This document shows, piece after piece, positions 1-7,526 of a stretch of DNA of 15,597 nt (position 1 is the first letter of the stretch; the number at the start of each line of letters is the position of its first letter). This stretch comes from Candidatus Thorarchaeota archaeon (lineage in GTDB: Archaea > Asgardarchaeota > Thorarchaeia > Thorarchaeales > Thorarchaeaceae): the NCBI GenBank assembly GCA_003345545.1, contig PRDH01000023.1, positions 1-15,597 of the forward strand, read 5' to 3'. The position numbers were made by a program, and so were the translations under genes. Under the pieces are notes generated by a model. That model ran no database searches and had not been told where the DNA came from. It was given only the letters and a program-made list of their open reading frames with translations.

Positions 1-879
1 ATCCGATACAGGCGTGCATTTTGGGGGAGTGTGGAGTCGACAGTCGAAGGAATGGCCACCCTTCCAAAGAACTACATCATCGAGGACAATCATTTCCAGA
101 CACAGCTCATTGAGCCACCTCGCGATATGATCAAGGAGTACTTTCGCCCAGAACAGAGGCTTACTGAGATTTTGGAGAGTCCCCATGACAGCTTAGAAGA
201 CACAGTGAAGAGAGCTGCTGAAACTCTTCATGATGCACTCGAAATTCCCCTGAGTGCCCTTGGCATCGCAGGCAGTATCCTCTGGAAGGGTCACGATGTA
301 GTGCGCTCGGATATCAATATGAACATCTATGGCTTCAACCATGCATGGACTCTTTCTGATAACTTTGAGAGAGTTGAGGAACTCTGTGACTGGGCTAGAC
401 TGAGAAACCCAGATGAATGGAGTCACGCAATCGAGCGAGTGAGCAATCGTATTCCCTCCCTAAGACAGACTGACCTTCATGCCCTCTTTTCGCGCAGAAG
501 AGCACTGTGCATCGACGAGAGATGCATAGGAATAACACCAGTCCTACACCCCGAAGAGGCTCCAATTCCCCATGGGTCGGAGTCGTATGTTACACAGGCT
601 GCAGAACCAATGACATTCAATATGACCATAGAGAACGCAGAGTATGGGTTGTTCCATCCTGCAATCTATGAGATAGTTCCCATCACCTACGGTGGTGGAA
701 CAATCAGCCGCATAATGGTCTATGATGGAGCATTTGGAGGGCTATTTGTAGAAGGTGACTCCGTAGAGGTCTCAGGAACACCCCAGAGAGTCACGACCGC
801 CGATGGTGAAGATGAGTTCTATCAGGTCATGGTCGGCACAAAGACCGGCTCGGGAAAGGAGTACATTCGCTTCGTCTAG
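1..879 (+). CDS. Predicted archaeal nucleotidyltransferase-fold protein (COG1665-like), 5' truncated by the window edge
   Basis: Frame +1 is open from base 1 (IRYRRAFWGSVES...) to TAG at 877-879. Pol-beta-like motif LGIAGSIL-x8-SDIN-x2-IYG; C-terminal OB-fold-like GDSVEVSG...VMVGT...EYI segment typical of this family. Confidence 0.7.
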   Translation: MRYRRAFWGSVESTVEGMATLPKNYIIEDNHFQTQLIEPPRDMIKEYFRPEQRLTEILESPHDSLEDTVKRAAETLHDALEIPLSALGIAGSILWKGHDVVRSDINMNIYGFNHAWTLSDNFERVEELCDWARLRNPDEWSHAIERVSNRIPSLRQTDLHALFSRRRALCIDERCIGITPVLHPEEAPIPHGSESYVTQAAEPMTFNMTIENAEYGLFHPAIYEIVPITYGGGTISRIMVYDGAFGGLFVEGDSVEVSGTPQRVTTADGEDEFYQVMVGTKTGSGKEYIRFV

Positions 880-927
880 GAACTTGAATCACAACTATCT
901 TAGGCATCTTAGTATGTCCACAAGACA

Positions 928-1989
928 ATGTCTTCAGAGCGGTCCTATGTCAGTGTTGCAGTCAGGTACGGAGAGAGGATTAGGAAGACACTCTCGGACA
1001 TGGGATTGCTTGATGGTGATTACAAGGTGATCTCTGAAGACGGAACACTCTTTCTGCCAACAGTTGTGGAGGTTTCTCCGAATCAGATTCGGCAGAATTC
1101 TAGTGACAAATCATCTCTGAAGACAGGAAAGAGAGTCTTCGAGAGTGTAGTCCAAGGTCGACGAACGTTGACAGAGGTGCTAGAAGGCAGACTTACTCCC
1201 GCTGAACTCGCTCTTCTCCCTCGGGCCTTTGATCTAATAGGGGACATCGCGGTTCTGGAGATTCCAGACGCGCTTTCTCACCACTCTAGGCTGATAGGCC
1301 GGGCCTTCCATGATATCCACAGGAACTTCAAGACCGTTCTTGCAAAGAGAGGTGCTATTTCAGGAGTCACGCGCACTCGACAATACGACCTTCTCTACGG
1401 AGAGGATCGAACAAAGACCATTCATACAGAGTACGGGTGCCGCTTGGCAGTCGATGTGGAGAAGGCGTACTTCAGCCCCCGTCTACTGGAGGAGCACAAC
1501 AGAGTTGCTCAACTTGTAGAACAGGATGAGGTTGTCGTGGACATGTTCTGCGGAGTTGGCCCCTTTGCAATCCACATAGCACGGCAGAAACACGCGAAGG
1601 TCATCGCTATTGACATCAACCCCTCTGCGATAGATCTGCTTAAGGAGAGTATCTCTCTCAACAAGCTCATAGGGTCAATAGTCCCCGTGACAGCGGATGC
1701 CCATGACTATGTGAAGCGCCATAGACTGAAGGCTGACAGAGTCATAATGAATCATCCGTCAGGTGCATCGGAGTTCATCCCCGATGCTTGCAGAATTCTG
1801 AAGTCTAATGGTACCCTCCACTACTATGATTTCATGGGCGGGCCCTCTCCTGAGGCGACAATGACAGAGAAGATCACCAGACTGATAGAACAAGAGGGCC
1901 GTTCTGTGAAACAAGTGACCGCCATCAGAAGAGTGCGGGATAGCGCCCCGTATGAGTATCAGATGGTCGCTGATGTAATCATTGATTGA
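928..1989 (+). CDS. trm5: tRNA (guanine37-N1)-methyltransferase, aTrm5/Met-10+ family
   Basis: N-terminal D1-like domain, AFDLIGDIAV, TIHTEYGC, YFSPRL-x2-E, SAM motif VDMFCGVGPF, IDINP, DRVIMNHP, LHYY. Confidence 0.92.
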   Translation: MSSERSYVSVAVRYGERIRKTLSDMGLLDGDYKVISEDGTLFLPTVVEVSPNQIRQNSSDKSSLKTGKRVFESVVQGRRTLTEVLEGRLTPAELALLPRAFDLIGDIAVLEIPDALSHHSRLIGRAFHDIHRNFKTVLAKRGAISGVTRTRQYDLLYGEDRTKTIHTEYGCRLAVDVEKAYFSPRLLEEHNRVAQLVEQDEVVVDMFCGVGPFAIHIARQKHAKVIAIDINPSAIDLLKESISLNKLIGSIVPVTADAHDYVKRHRLKADRVIMNHPSGASEFIPDACRILKSNGTLHYYDFMGGPSPEATMTEKITRLIEQEGRSVKQVTAIRRVRDSAPYEYQMVADVIID

Positions 1990-2404
1990 TGAAATGCAGT
2001 TCACAATTCATCACAGCTCTTCTGTCCTTGAGCCTACCGATGAAATCCTTACCGAGATCTGAGGCTGCCTTGTCAGCATGTATCATGAGGGTCCTTCCGC
2101 ATTGATATGAACTGGTTCTAGCTACCATACTCACAGGGTCGGTATATGTCAAGCCAGGGCCTCCAGTACCTGTCACCTGCTCAATCACTCCATTGACTTC
2201 CATTACTAGGACTATCTCTGTGGTCTTCAGGGCAGCCAGTTCTCTTATGGTAGAATCTAGACCAGCAAGAGTCTGGGTTGCCCGTATACCAACAATACAC
2301 GTCCCCTCCCTCGTCAGAAAGTCCTCCGATGTGATCTCGACTGTTGTCTTGTGCTTGCCAAGAACATTCTCGTGTCCAAAGGCCCTGAAGGGTACACAGT
2401 ACAT
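1979..2404 (-). CDS. DUF371 domain-containing protein
   Basis: GHENV-x3-H-x-TT-x-EIT-x-E-x2-LT-x2-G-x-CIVG-x2-A, SMVARTS and RTLMIHADKAASDL match the archaeal DUF371 pattern. The 3' end overlaps trm5 by 11 nt. Confidence 0.88.
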   Translation of the reverse strand: MYCVPFRAFGHENVLGKHKTTVEITSEDFLTREGTCIVGIRATQTLAGLDSTIRELAALKTTEIVLVMEVNGVIEQVTGTGGPGLTYTDPVSMVARTSSYQCGRTLMIHADKAASDLGKDFIGRLKDRRAVMNCELHFINQ

Positions 2405-2463
2405 GGTTCAGGTCTATCTCTCAATGCTTTTATCAATGCATGTCCTCTCAGTCTATGATTCGT

Positions 2464-3147
2464 ATGTCTGAATATGAGTACAAGAAAGAGGTGGACGATC
2501 TGGTAAGGCGTCTGCGGCATAGTGGTTACCTCTCAACACAGGAGATGGAACGTGCAGTGCGGGCAGTGCCGAGAGAAGAGTTCGTTCATCCGTCCGCACG
2601 GCAGCATGCATACACCGACACTCCTCTCTCGATTGGACTAGGTCAGACAATCTCTGCACCTCATATGTGCGTGATAATGTGTGAAGCATTGAAGCTGAGG
2701 CCCGGCCAGAAGATACTCGAGATTGGAGCTGGGTCTGGTTACCATGCTGCACTATGTGCTGAGATGATAGCACCGACAGGCTCACCAAACCCCGGTCATG
2801 TATACACTATAGAGATCGTCAAGGGACTCATCGAGTTTGCAAGGAACAACCTAGAGCGTACCGGCTACTCAGACAGAGTCACACTCATTCATGGTGACGG
2901 AGGTCTGGGTCTTCCTGACCATGCCCCCTTCGATCGGATTCTTGTTGCAGCCGCCGCTCCGAGAGTGCCTGAACCTCTAATGGACCAGTTAGCTCCTGGA
3001 GGCATAATGCTCATTCCCATAGGAAGTCGAGGCCTCTTTCAGGACCTGCTAATGATTGAGAAAGATGATGGTGGTAGGATATCTCAGAGGTACTGGGGTG
3101 GCGTTGCGTTCGTTCCACTGACTGGAAAGTATGGGTATGGCTCCTAG
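2464..3147 (+). CDS. pcm: Protein-L-isoaspartate(D-aspartate) O-methyltransferase
   Basis: VPREEFV, AYTDTPL, GQTISAPHM, LEIGAGSGY, APFDRILVAAA, DQLAPGG, VAFVPL. Start placed at ATG 2464; ATG 2455 and 2440 are alternatives. Confidence 0.95.
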   Translation: MSEYEYKKEVDDLVRRLRHSGYLSTQEMERAVRAVPREEFVHPSARQHAYTDTPLSIGLGQTISAPHMCVIMCEALKLRPGQKILEIGAGSGYHAALCAEMIAPTGSPNPGHVYTIEIVKGLIEFARNNLERTGYSDRVTLIHGDGGLGLPDHAPFDRILVAAAAPRVPEPLMDQLAPGGIMLIPIGSRGLFQDLLMIEKDDGGRISQRYWGGVAFVPLTGKYGYGS

Positions 3148-3159
3148 ATTTCCTTATCG

Positions 3160-3843
3160 CTATGTGGCCATATGCAGTGGTATCACAGTCAGTGTCACTT
3201 TGGCATCATCATCAATGTTCAACGTCTTTCTGATATCTACTGGAGCCACAACCTCAAGAATGTCCTCGCTGTGATGGGTCCGCTGAGCCATTACCACTGC
3301 CGCTTCGATCTCGTTGTTCACCTTGACTCTATAGCAGATGACATCTCCAAAGGTGCGCCCCTCATGATGGAATCCACTCAGGACAAGTGGCGGTGTATTC
3401 TTCATTCTACCGATTGCTCTTCGGGAGTCCTCGTCTGTCACCTTGACATTCAGAGTGCCCAAGTAGGGTTTGAAACCAAGAGCCTCTCTGAGTCTCGAGG
3501 CGTAGGCCTCCACATAGTAAGCACCCTCTCCCAGTCCTGTGACAAGGCGCCCCTCTATGACTATGTTCTCCTGTACCGGTGCAAATGCTACCTCAAGATT
3601 CGAGAACACACGAAGGAGCTCGTCTCTTCCCTTATCAGTAATCCGAAGAAGCATACCATCTACCGTGTGTATCCTGAGCAGATACCCCTCCTCTACACAG
3701 AGTGCAATACGCCTCGAGGCTGTCTGCTGACTTACGTTCATCAGACTTCCCAGATCACCTGTTGTAAGGGCAGTGTCACTATGAATCGCGCCCTTGTTAG
3801 CAAGGGCATACAGGGTAAACCACATGTCTGGTGTAGTCATCAT
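3160..3843 (-). CDS. ribK: CTP-dependent riboflavin kinase with N-terminal winged-HTH (RibK/RbkR type)
   Basis: HTH segment LGSLMNVSQQTASRRI...ITDKG; kinase motifs GLGEGAYY, LGFKPYLGTLN, RTHH, LEVVAP. GAGGA SD-like sequence upstream. Confidence 0.93.
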   Translation of the reverse strand: MMTTPDMWFTLYALANKGAIHSDTALTTGDLGSLMNVSQQTASRRIALCVEEGYLLRIHTVDGMLLRITDKGRDELLRVFSNLEVAFAPVQENIVIEGRLVTGLGEGAYYVEAYASRLREALGFKPYLGTLNVKVTDEDSRRAIGRMKNTPPLVLSGFHHEGRTFGDVICYRVKVNNEIEAAVVMAQRTHHSEDILEVVAPVDIRKTLNIDDDAKVTLTVIPLHMAT

Positions 3844-3867
3844 TATTCCTCTTGGCGAAGACTCCTC

Positions 3868-4503
3868 TCATCGACTGCTCTTCAATCGTTTTTCAAAACT
3901 TGAAAGCTCCTTCACAAGCCGTTTCTGTCCGACTGCTCTTGTCAAGTCGCCTCGTGTACGTTCAATCAGAGATCTCGCTACATCGCACTTTCTTCTGAGG
4001 TCCGGTACCAGTGCATTCGGATAGTCAAATGTCTGGAGCCCTTCGAGTATCTCATCCATGATGTTTAGAAGGTTTTCAGCTCTGTCCACGTCATCCTGCC
4101 GCAGGAAGTCTAGCATAGCTCGCCTAAGCTCTCCAATGACATCTGCAAGTCCGGTAAGGTATGGCCTTGAAGGTATTCCGTACTCCCGAGGTGCAGTGAA
4201 TTCGCCCCGTTCTATGAGCGATTGGAGATTGACAGCTTCCGTCAGTTCCTGATACGCAACGTCCAGAGGCCTTGATTTCGATATGAAGTCACTATCATTC
4301 ATACCATGCTCAGCATCCACGATTATCTGATGGGCTTCAGTAATCAGAGCTCGTGCTTCAGCATACATTCCTTTGTGTGTCTTCTTGATAGACTCACTAC
4401 ATTTTCTTACGGCATCCCTACTGGAAGGCAGTATCTTCTCTCGGACCTTATCATCTGCCTCGATCTCGTTTCTCAAACCTAGAAGAATAGCTGAAAACTC
4501 CAT
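3868..4503 (-). CDS. Translin/TRAX family (archaeal C3PO-like) protein
   Basis: D-x2-RE-x5-SR, YQELTEA, YLTGLADVIGELRR and LRRKCDVARSLIE are translin-family motifs; the acidic catalytic residues are present. Confidence 0.9.
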   Translation of the reverse strand: MEFSAILLGLRNEIEADDKVREKILPSSRDAVRKCSESIKKTHKGMYAEARALITEAHQIIVDAEHGMNDSDFISKSRPLDVAYQELTEAVNLQSLIERGEFTAPREYGIPSRPYLTGLADVIGELRRAMLDFLRQDDVDRAENLLNIMDEILEGLQTFDYPNALVPDLRRKCDVARSLIERTRGDLTRAVGQKRLVKELSSFEKRLKSSR

Positions 4504-4515
4504 ATCTGATCACTC

Positions 4516-5499
4516 TCAATCTAGCTGCAACTTCTTTATGTGTCTATTCTGGGACAAAAGCACTACCCTACTCTCAGTCTGTTCGTCTACAAGGTAATAA
4601 CCTGTCAGGTCTGTCAGCTTCTTGGAGAAAGCTCGTATCTCCCTGTGAGAGGGAGCATTGTTTCTTCCGAGGCGGTGTCTAGATGAACCAAGGAACATAT
4701 ACCCCTTGACCTCAACAAAATCAGGCTCTCCTCTCATGATTAGTTCTGAATAGGCGCGTGGATCCTGCATGTTTTGGCCTGCTACCATTGTCAATCTATT
4801 CACAGTCCTGCAGTCGAGTGATTGCAGGGACTCTTGACTCTCGAGAACATTTTGCCATCCTCCCCGTACTCCCGGTTGACACAGCCTCCTGTAGGTCTTC
4901 TCGTTGGGAGCTGCAAGTGTCACATAGAGTTGGGTAGGCTCTGACATCTTTCGGAGAATGTCAGGGCGTGTACCATTAGTGACCAGAAAGGATGTCATAT
5001 TCCTGTCACTTATCTCGTCAATCAACTCACTGATGTACGGATAGAGTGTGGGCTCACCGGCAAGAGAGATGGCCACATGCCTTGGCTCTCGTGCCTCTAG
5101 GTACTTCTTCATGGGCACATCTGCTCCTGCGTCGGGATTGTATCCTCCCAAGGACCGTATGTTCGCCATGAGGACAGCATTCATCAACTCATCGACCGGG
5201 ACCACATCATCCGTTGAAACGTGTACCTGATCCCATGAAACGCTGATGTCCTCTGGTGTGACGCGCCAGCAGAAGCGGCAACTCTGTGTGCACTTATCTA
5301 CCACTGGAGTCATCTGAACACAGCGATGCGATTCAATACCATAGAACTTCTCCTTATAGCAGGCATCGCCATGCAGCAGAGATTTCTTCTGCCATTGGCA
5401 TGCCTTGTATGCACCTCTCTTACCGAACAGGTGGTACCCCTGCCTTTCGAGCTTTGCTCTCAGTTCCATAGGCATGTCATGACTCAATGCGATTCGCAA
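4516..5499 (-). CDS. taw1: 4-demethylwyosine synthase TYW1/Taw1 (radical SAM)
   Basis: CYKEKFYGIESHRC (auxiliary cluster Cys plus Schiff-base Lys), CTQSCRFCWR radical SAM triad, HVAISLAGEPTLYP, FLVTNGT, PTQLYV, FVEVKGYM. Start is TTG 5499 or ATG 5475. Confidence 0.95.
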   Translation of the reverse strand: MRIALSHDMPMELRAKLERQGYHLFGKRGAYKACQWQKKSLLHGDACYKEKFYGIESHRCVQMTPVVDKCTQSCRFCWRVTPEDISVSWDQVHVSTDDVVPVDELMNAVLMANIRSLGGYNPDAGADVPMKKYLEAREPRHVAISLAGEPTLYPYISELIDEISDRNMTSFLVTNGTRPDILRKMSEPTQLYVTLAAPNEKTYRRLCQPGVRGGWQNVLESQESLQSLDCRTVNRLTMVAGQNMQDPRAYSELIMRGEPDFVEVKGYMFLGSSRHRLGRNNAPSHREIRAFSKKLTDLTGYYLVDEQTESRVVLLSQNRHIKKLQLD

Positions 5500-5543
5500 T
5501 CTGTCTTCCTAGCTGTCTTATCAGCATTTGGCAAGGTCCATGA

Positions 5544-6836
5544 TTATTTCAGCTGACTGCCTTCAGACTCTCTGTTTTGCGACCAGAGTTCTTCAGCTAG
5601 ATTCTCTTGAGCACTCCACGAACCTGTCATGTCCTTTCGTCGTGAGAGTTCACCGAGCAGTCTTCTACTCTCATGATCCAGTCGTCCTGGAGGCATGCTC
5701 TCGAAAGCGCTTCCCGGCAGGGGCATGAACACATGACCATGCATCTTTGCACCCATATTGACTAGCGTATAACAGAGCTCGGCACTATCGTGTAACTCCT
5801 TCTCGGTCTCTCCAGGAAGCCCGAATATCATGTCAACATGCGGGACAAAGCCCGCGTCGAGTGCTATCTCCACAGCTCTCAATCCCTGTTCTACGGTATG
5901 ATGTCTATTAGCACTGGATAGGACTCTATCACTACTCGATTGCAGTCCAATCTGAACCGACGAGTTGGCGACGTAGCCTCTCAGCATCTCTAGAATTGGC
6001 TGGGTCACGAACTCCGGCCTGACCTCAGATGGAAATGAACCAAAATACACCTCCTCAAGTCCCTCTACCTTGGTGCTCTCTCTCAGGAGGGTCTCCAATT
6101 TTGTCGGTTCAGGTTTCATCCCTCTGCCACCATAGGAGAGTGCGTTGGGGGACAAGAACCACGCTCGAGTGAATCCGCTTCTCTCTACTGCTAGGGTGAG
6201 CCACTTGGTGACTGAGTCTACAGACCTATGTCTCACTCTACATCCTGTCAGAAATGGTGTGCAACAGAACTTGCATTGGAATGGGCATCCCCTTGTGACC
6301 TCAATGGGGCCAACAATGTTCAAGCCGAGGGCAAACGGAGGATAATCGTTCAAGTTCACGATGGGGAGGTCTCGCGGCTGTGGCAAGATCTCAGTATCTC
6401 TTCCAACAACTCCAGGAACTTCTAAGGGGTCTTTTCCGGTCATTAGACTCTCTATCAACTCAGGAAGTGCGCGCTCGCCCTCTCCAATCACGAGGTAATC
6501 AAAGCCACTAGATAGCAGGTCTCTTGGTCGTGCACTGGCATGTGGTCCTCCTCCAACTATGATGACCTTTGCACCAAACATCTCCCTCATGCGTCTGACT
6601 TCTTCATAGACTCTCTTGGCCTGCGTGCTCATGACAGAATGAGCAACAATAGTCGTCCCCCTCTCGACACTCTTCTGAATGGCCTCCATCTTGAGAGTGA
6701 TTGGTGCCCTGATCTCAAGTTCTACGAGTCGATGGTCTGCCTCAAGAGACCCGATGAGTGCGGCTATACTATACCGCGAAGATGGATGCGCTCTGAAGAA
6801 GATAGACTGTGGGCACAACTGATGTACACGCTTCAA
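5544..6836 (-). CDS. B12-binding domain/radical SAM protein (TIGR04013, MJ1487-like family)
   Basis: N-terminal GGGPHAS and GEGE motifs, IEVTRGCPFQCKFC triad, FLSPNALSYG, YFGSFPSEVRPEFV, VDMIFGLPGET, HVFMPLPGS. The TTG start overlaps the psmB stop (TTGA). Confidence 0.88.
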   Translation of the reverse strand: MKRVHQLCPQSIFFRAHPSSRYSIAALIGSLEADHRLVELEIRAPITLKMEAIQKSVERGTTIVAHSVMSTQAKRVYEEVRRMREMFGAKVIIVGGGPHASARPRDLLSSGFDYLVIGEGERALPELIESLMTGKDPLEVPGVVGRDTEILPQPRDLPIVNLNDYPPFALGLNIVGPIEVTRGCPFQCKFCCTPFLTGCRVRHRSVDSVTKWLTLAVERSGFTRAWFLSPNALSYGGRGMKPEPTKLETLLRESTKVEGLEEVYFGSFPSEVRPEFVTQPILEMLRGYVANSSVQIGLQSSSDRVLSSANRHHTVEQGLRAVEIALDAGFVPHVDMIFGLPGETEKELHDSAELCYTLVNMGAKMHGHVFMPLPGSAFESMPPGRLDHESRRLLGELSRRKDMTGSWSAQENLAEELWSQNRESEGSQLK

Positions 6837-7423
6837 CTGATGACGCGTTCCGTGACCCCATCTTTGGTCACCGTCATGACCCTTATATCCCCGCCCGACT
6901 GGATGTCTCTTGCGATACCTGCTCTTACAGCCGATATTGCAATCTCTTCGGCTTCTTTGACTGTAATCCCAGGCTTGTAGTAGTTCTCAAGAACACCATA
7001 GGCAGTTCTGTCCCCAGTACCAGTGGCCGTGATTTCCTCTGGGATGAGTGAGCCACCCATATCCAATGTGTACATCTGCGGACCTCCGGAGTCCACCCCA
7101 ATAACGACAGTTTGAACATAGAGGGGCGTCATTCTGATGGAGTAGAGTGTGTTTGCGAGCATCTTGGAAAGCGCCTTGACAGTGATAGGCTTCTTCTGGT
7201 TGAGCTCGTACAGTTTAATCTGAGCCTGAAGTCTATTCACCAGCATCTGATAGTCAGATACCAATCCCGCCGAGGCCAATACAATTGAGTCCGTCAGTTT
7301 GAAGGCCTTGACTCCTTTCTCACTGAGGATGAGCGTACCCCAGCTGATCAACGTGTCTGTAGCGACTACAACACCATCCGTGCATTTTATTCCAACAACA
7401 GTAGCACCAGTAGGAAATGACAT
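6833..7423 (-). CDS. psmB: 20S proteasome beta subunit, probably a non-catalytic paralog (Thr1->Ala)
   Basis: GATVVGIKCTDGVVVATD, AGLVSDYQ, LDMGGSL, ATGTG, AYGVLE, RDIQSGG. ATG at 7423 is preceded by GGAGG (7438-7434), so it is preferred over the track's 7471 start. Confidence 0.95.
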   Translation of the reverse strand: MSFPTGATVVGIKCTDGVVVATDTLISWGTLILSEKGVKAFKLTDSIVLASAGLVSDYQMLVNRLQAQIKLYELNQKKPITVKALSKMLANTLYSIRMTPLYVQTVVIGVDSGGPQMYTLDMGGSLIPEEITATGTGDRTAYGVLENYYKPGITVKEAEEIAISAVRAGIARDIQSGGDIRVMTVTKDGVTERVIS

Positions 7424-7473
7424 AGTAAACGCGCCTCCGAAGGAGAGTTCGTCTGACTTGGTCACGTCCACTC

Positions 7474-7483
7474 GTTTTAAAAC
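7474..7483. promoter_or_regulatory. Palindromic TATA-like element, candidate bidirectional promoter for the psmB operon and nog1
   Basis: Perfect palindrome GTTTTAAAAC, the only strongly AT-rich run in the divergent gap, about 50 nt from the psmB ATG and about 44 nt from the nog1 GTG. Confidence 0.6.
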
Positions 7484-7526
7484 TCTTGCGAACTGTCTGT
7501 AGTCATAGATTCTGGAGCTGCCTGAA

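Noticed and set aside
897-912. ATCTTAG direct repeat upstream of trm5
   Set aside because: Only two 7-nt copies, compatible with chance.
3172-3903. 243-aa plus-strand ORF antisense to ribK
   Set aside because: It shadows a well-conserved gene, has no recognisable motif, and has an atypical His/Cys/Ser-rich composition.
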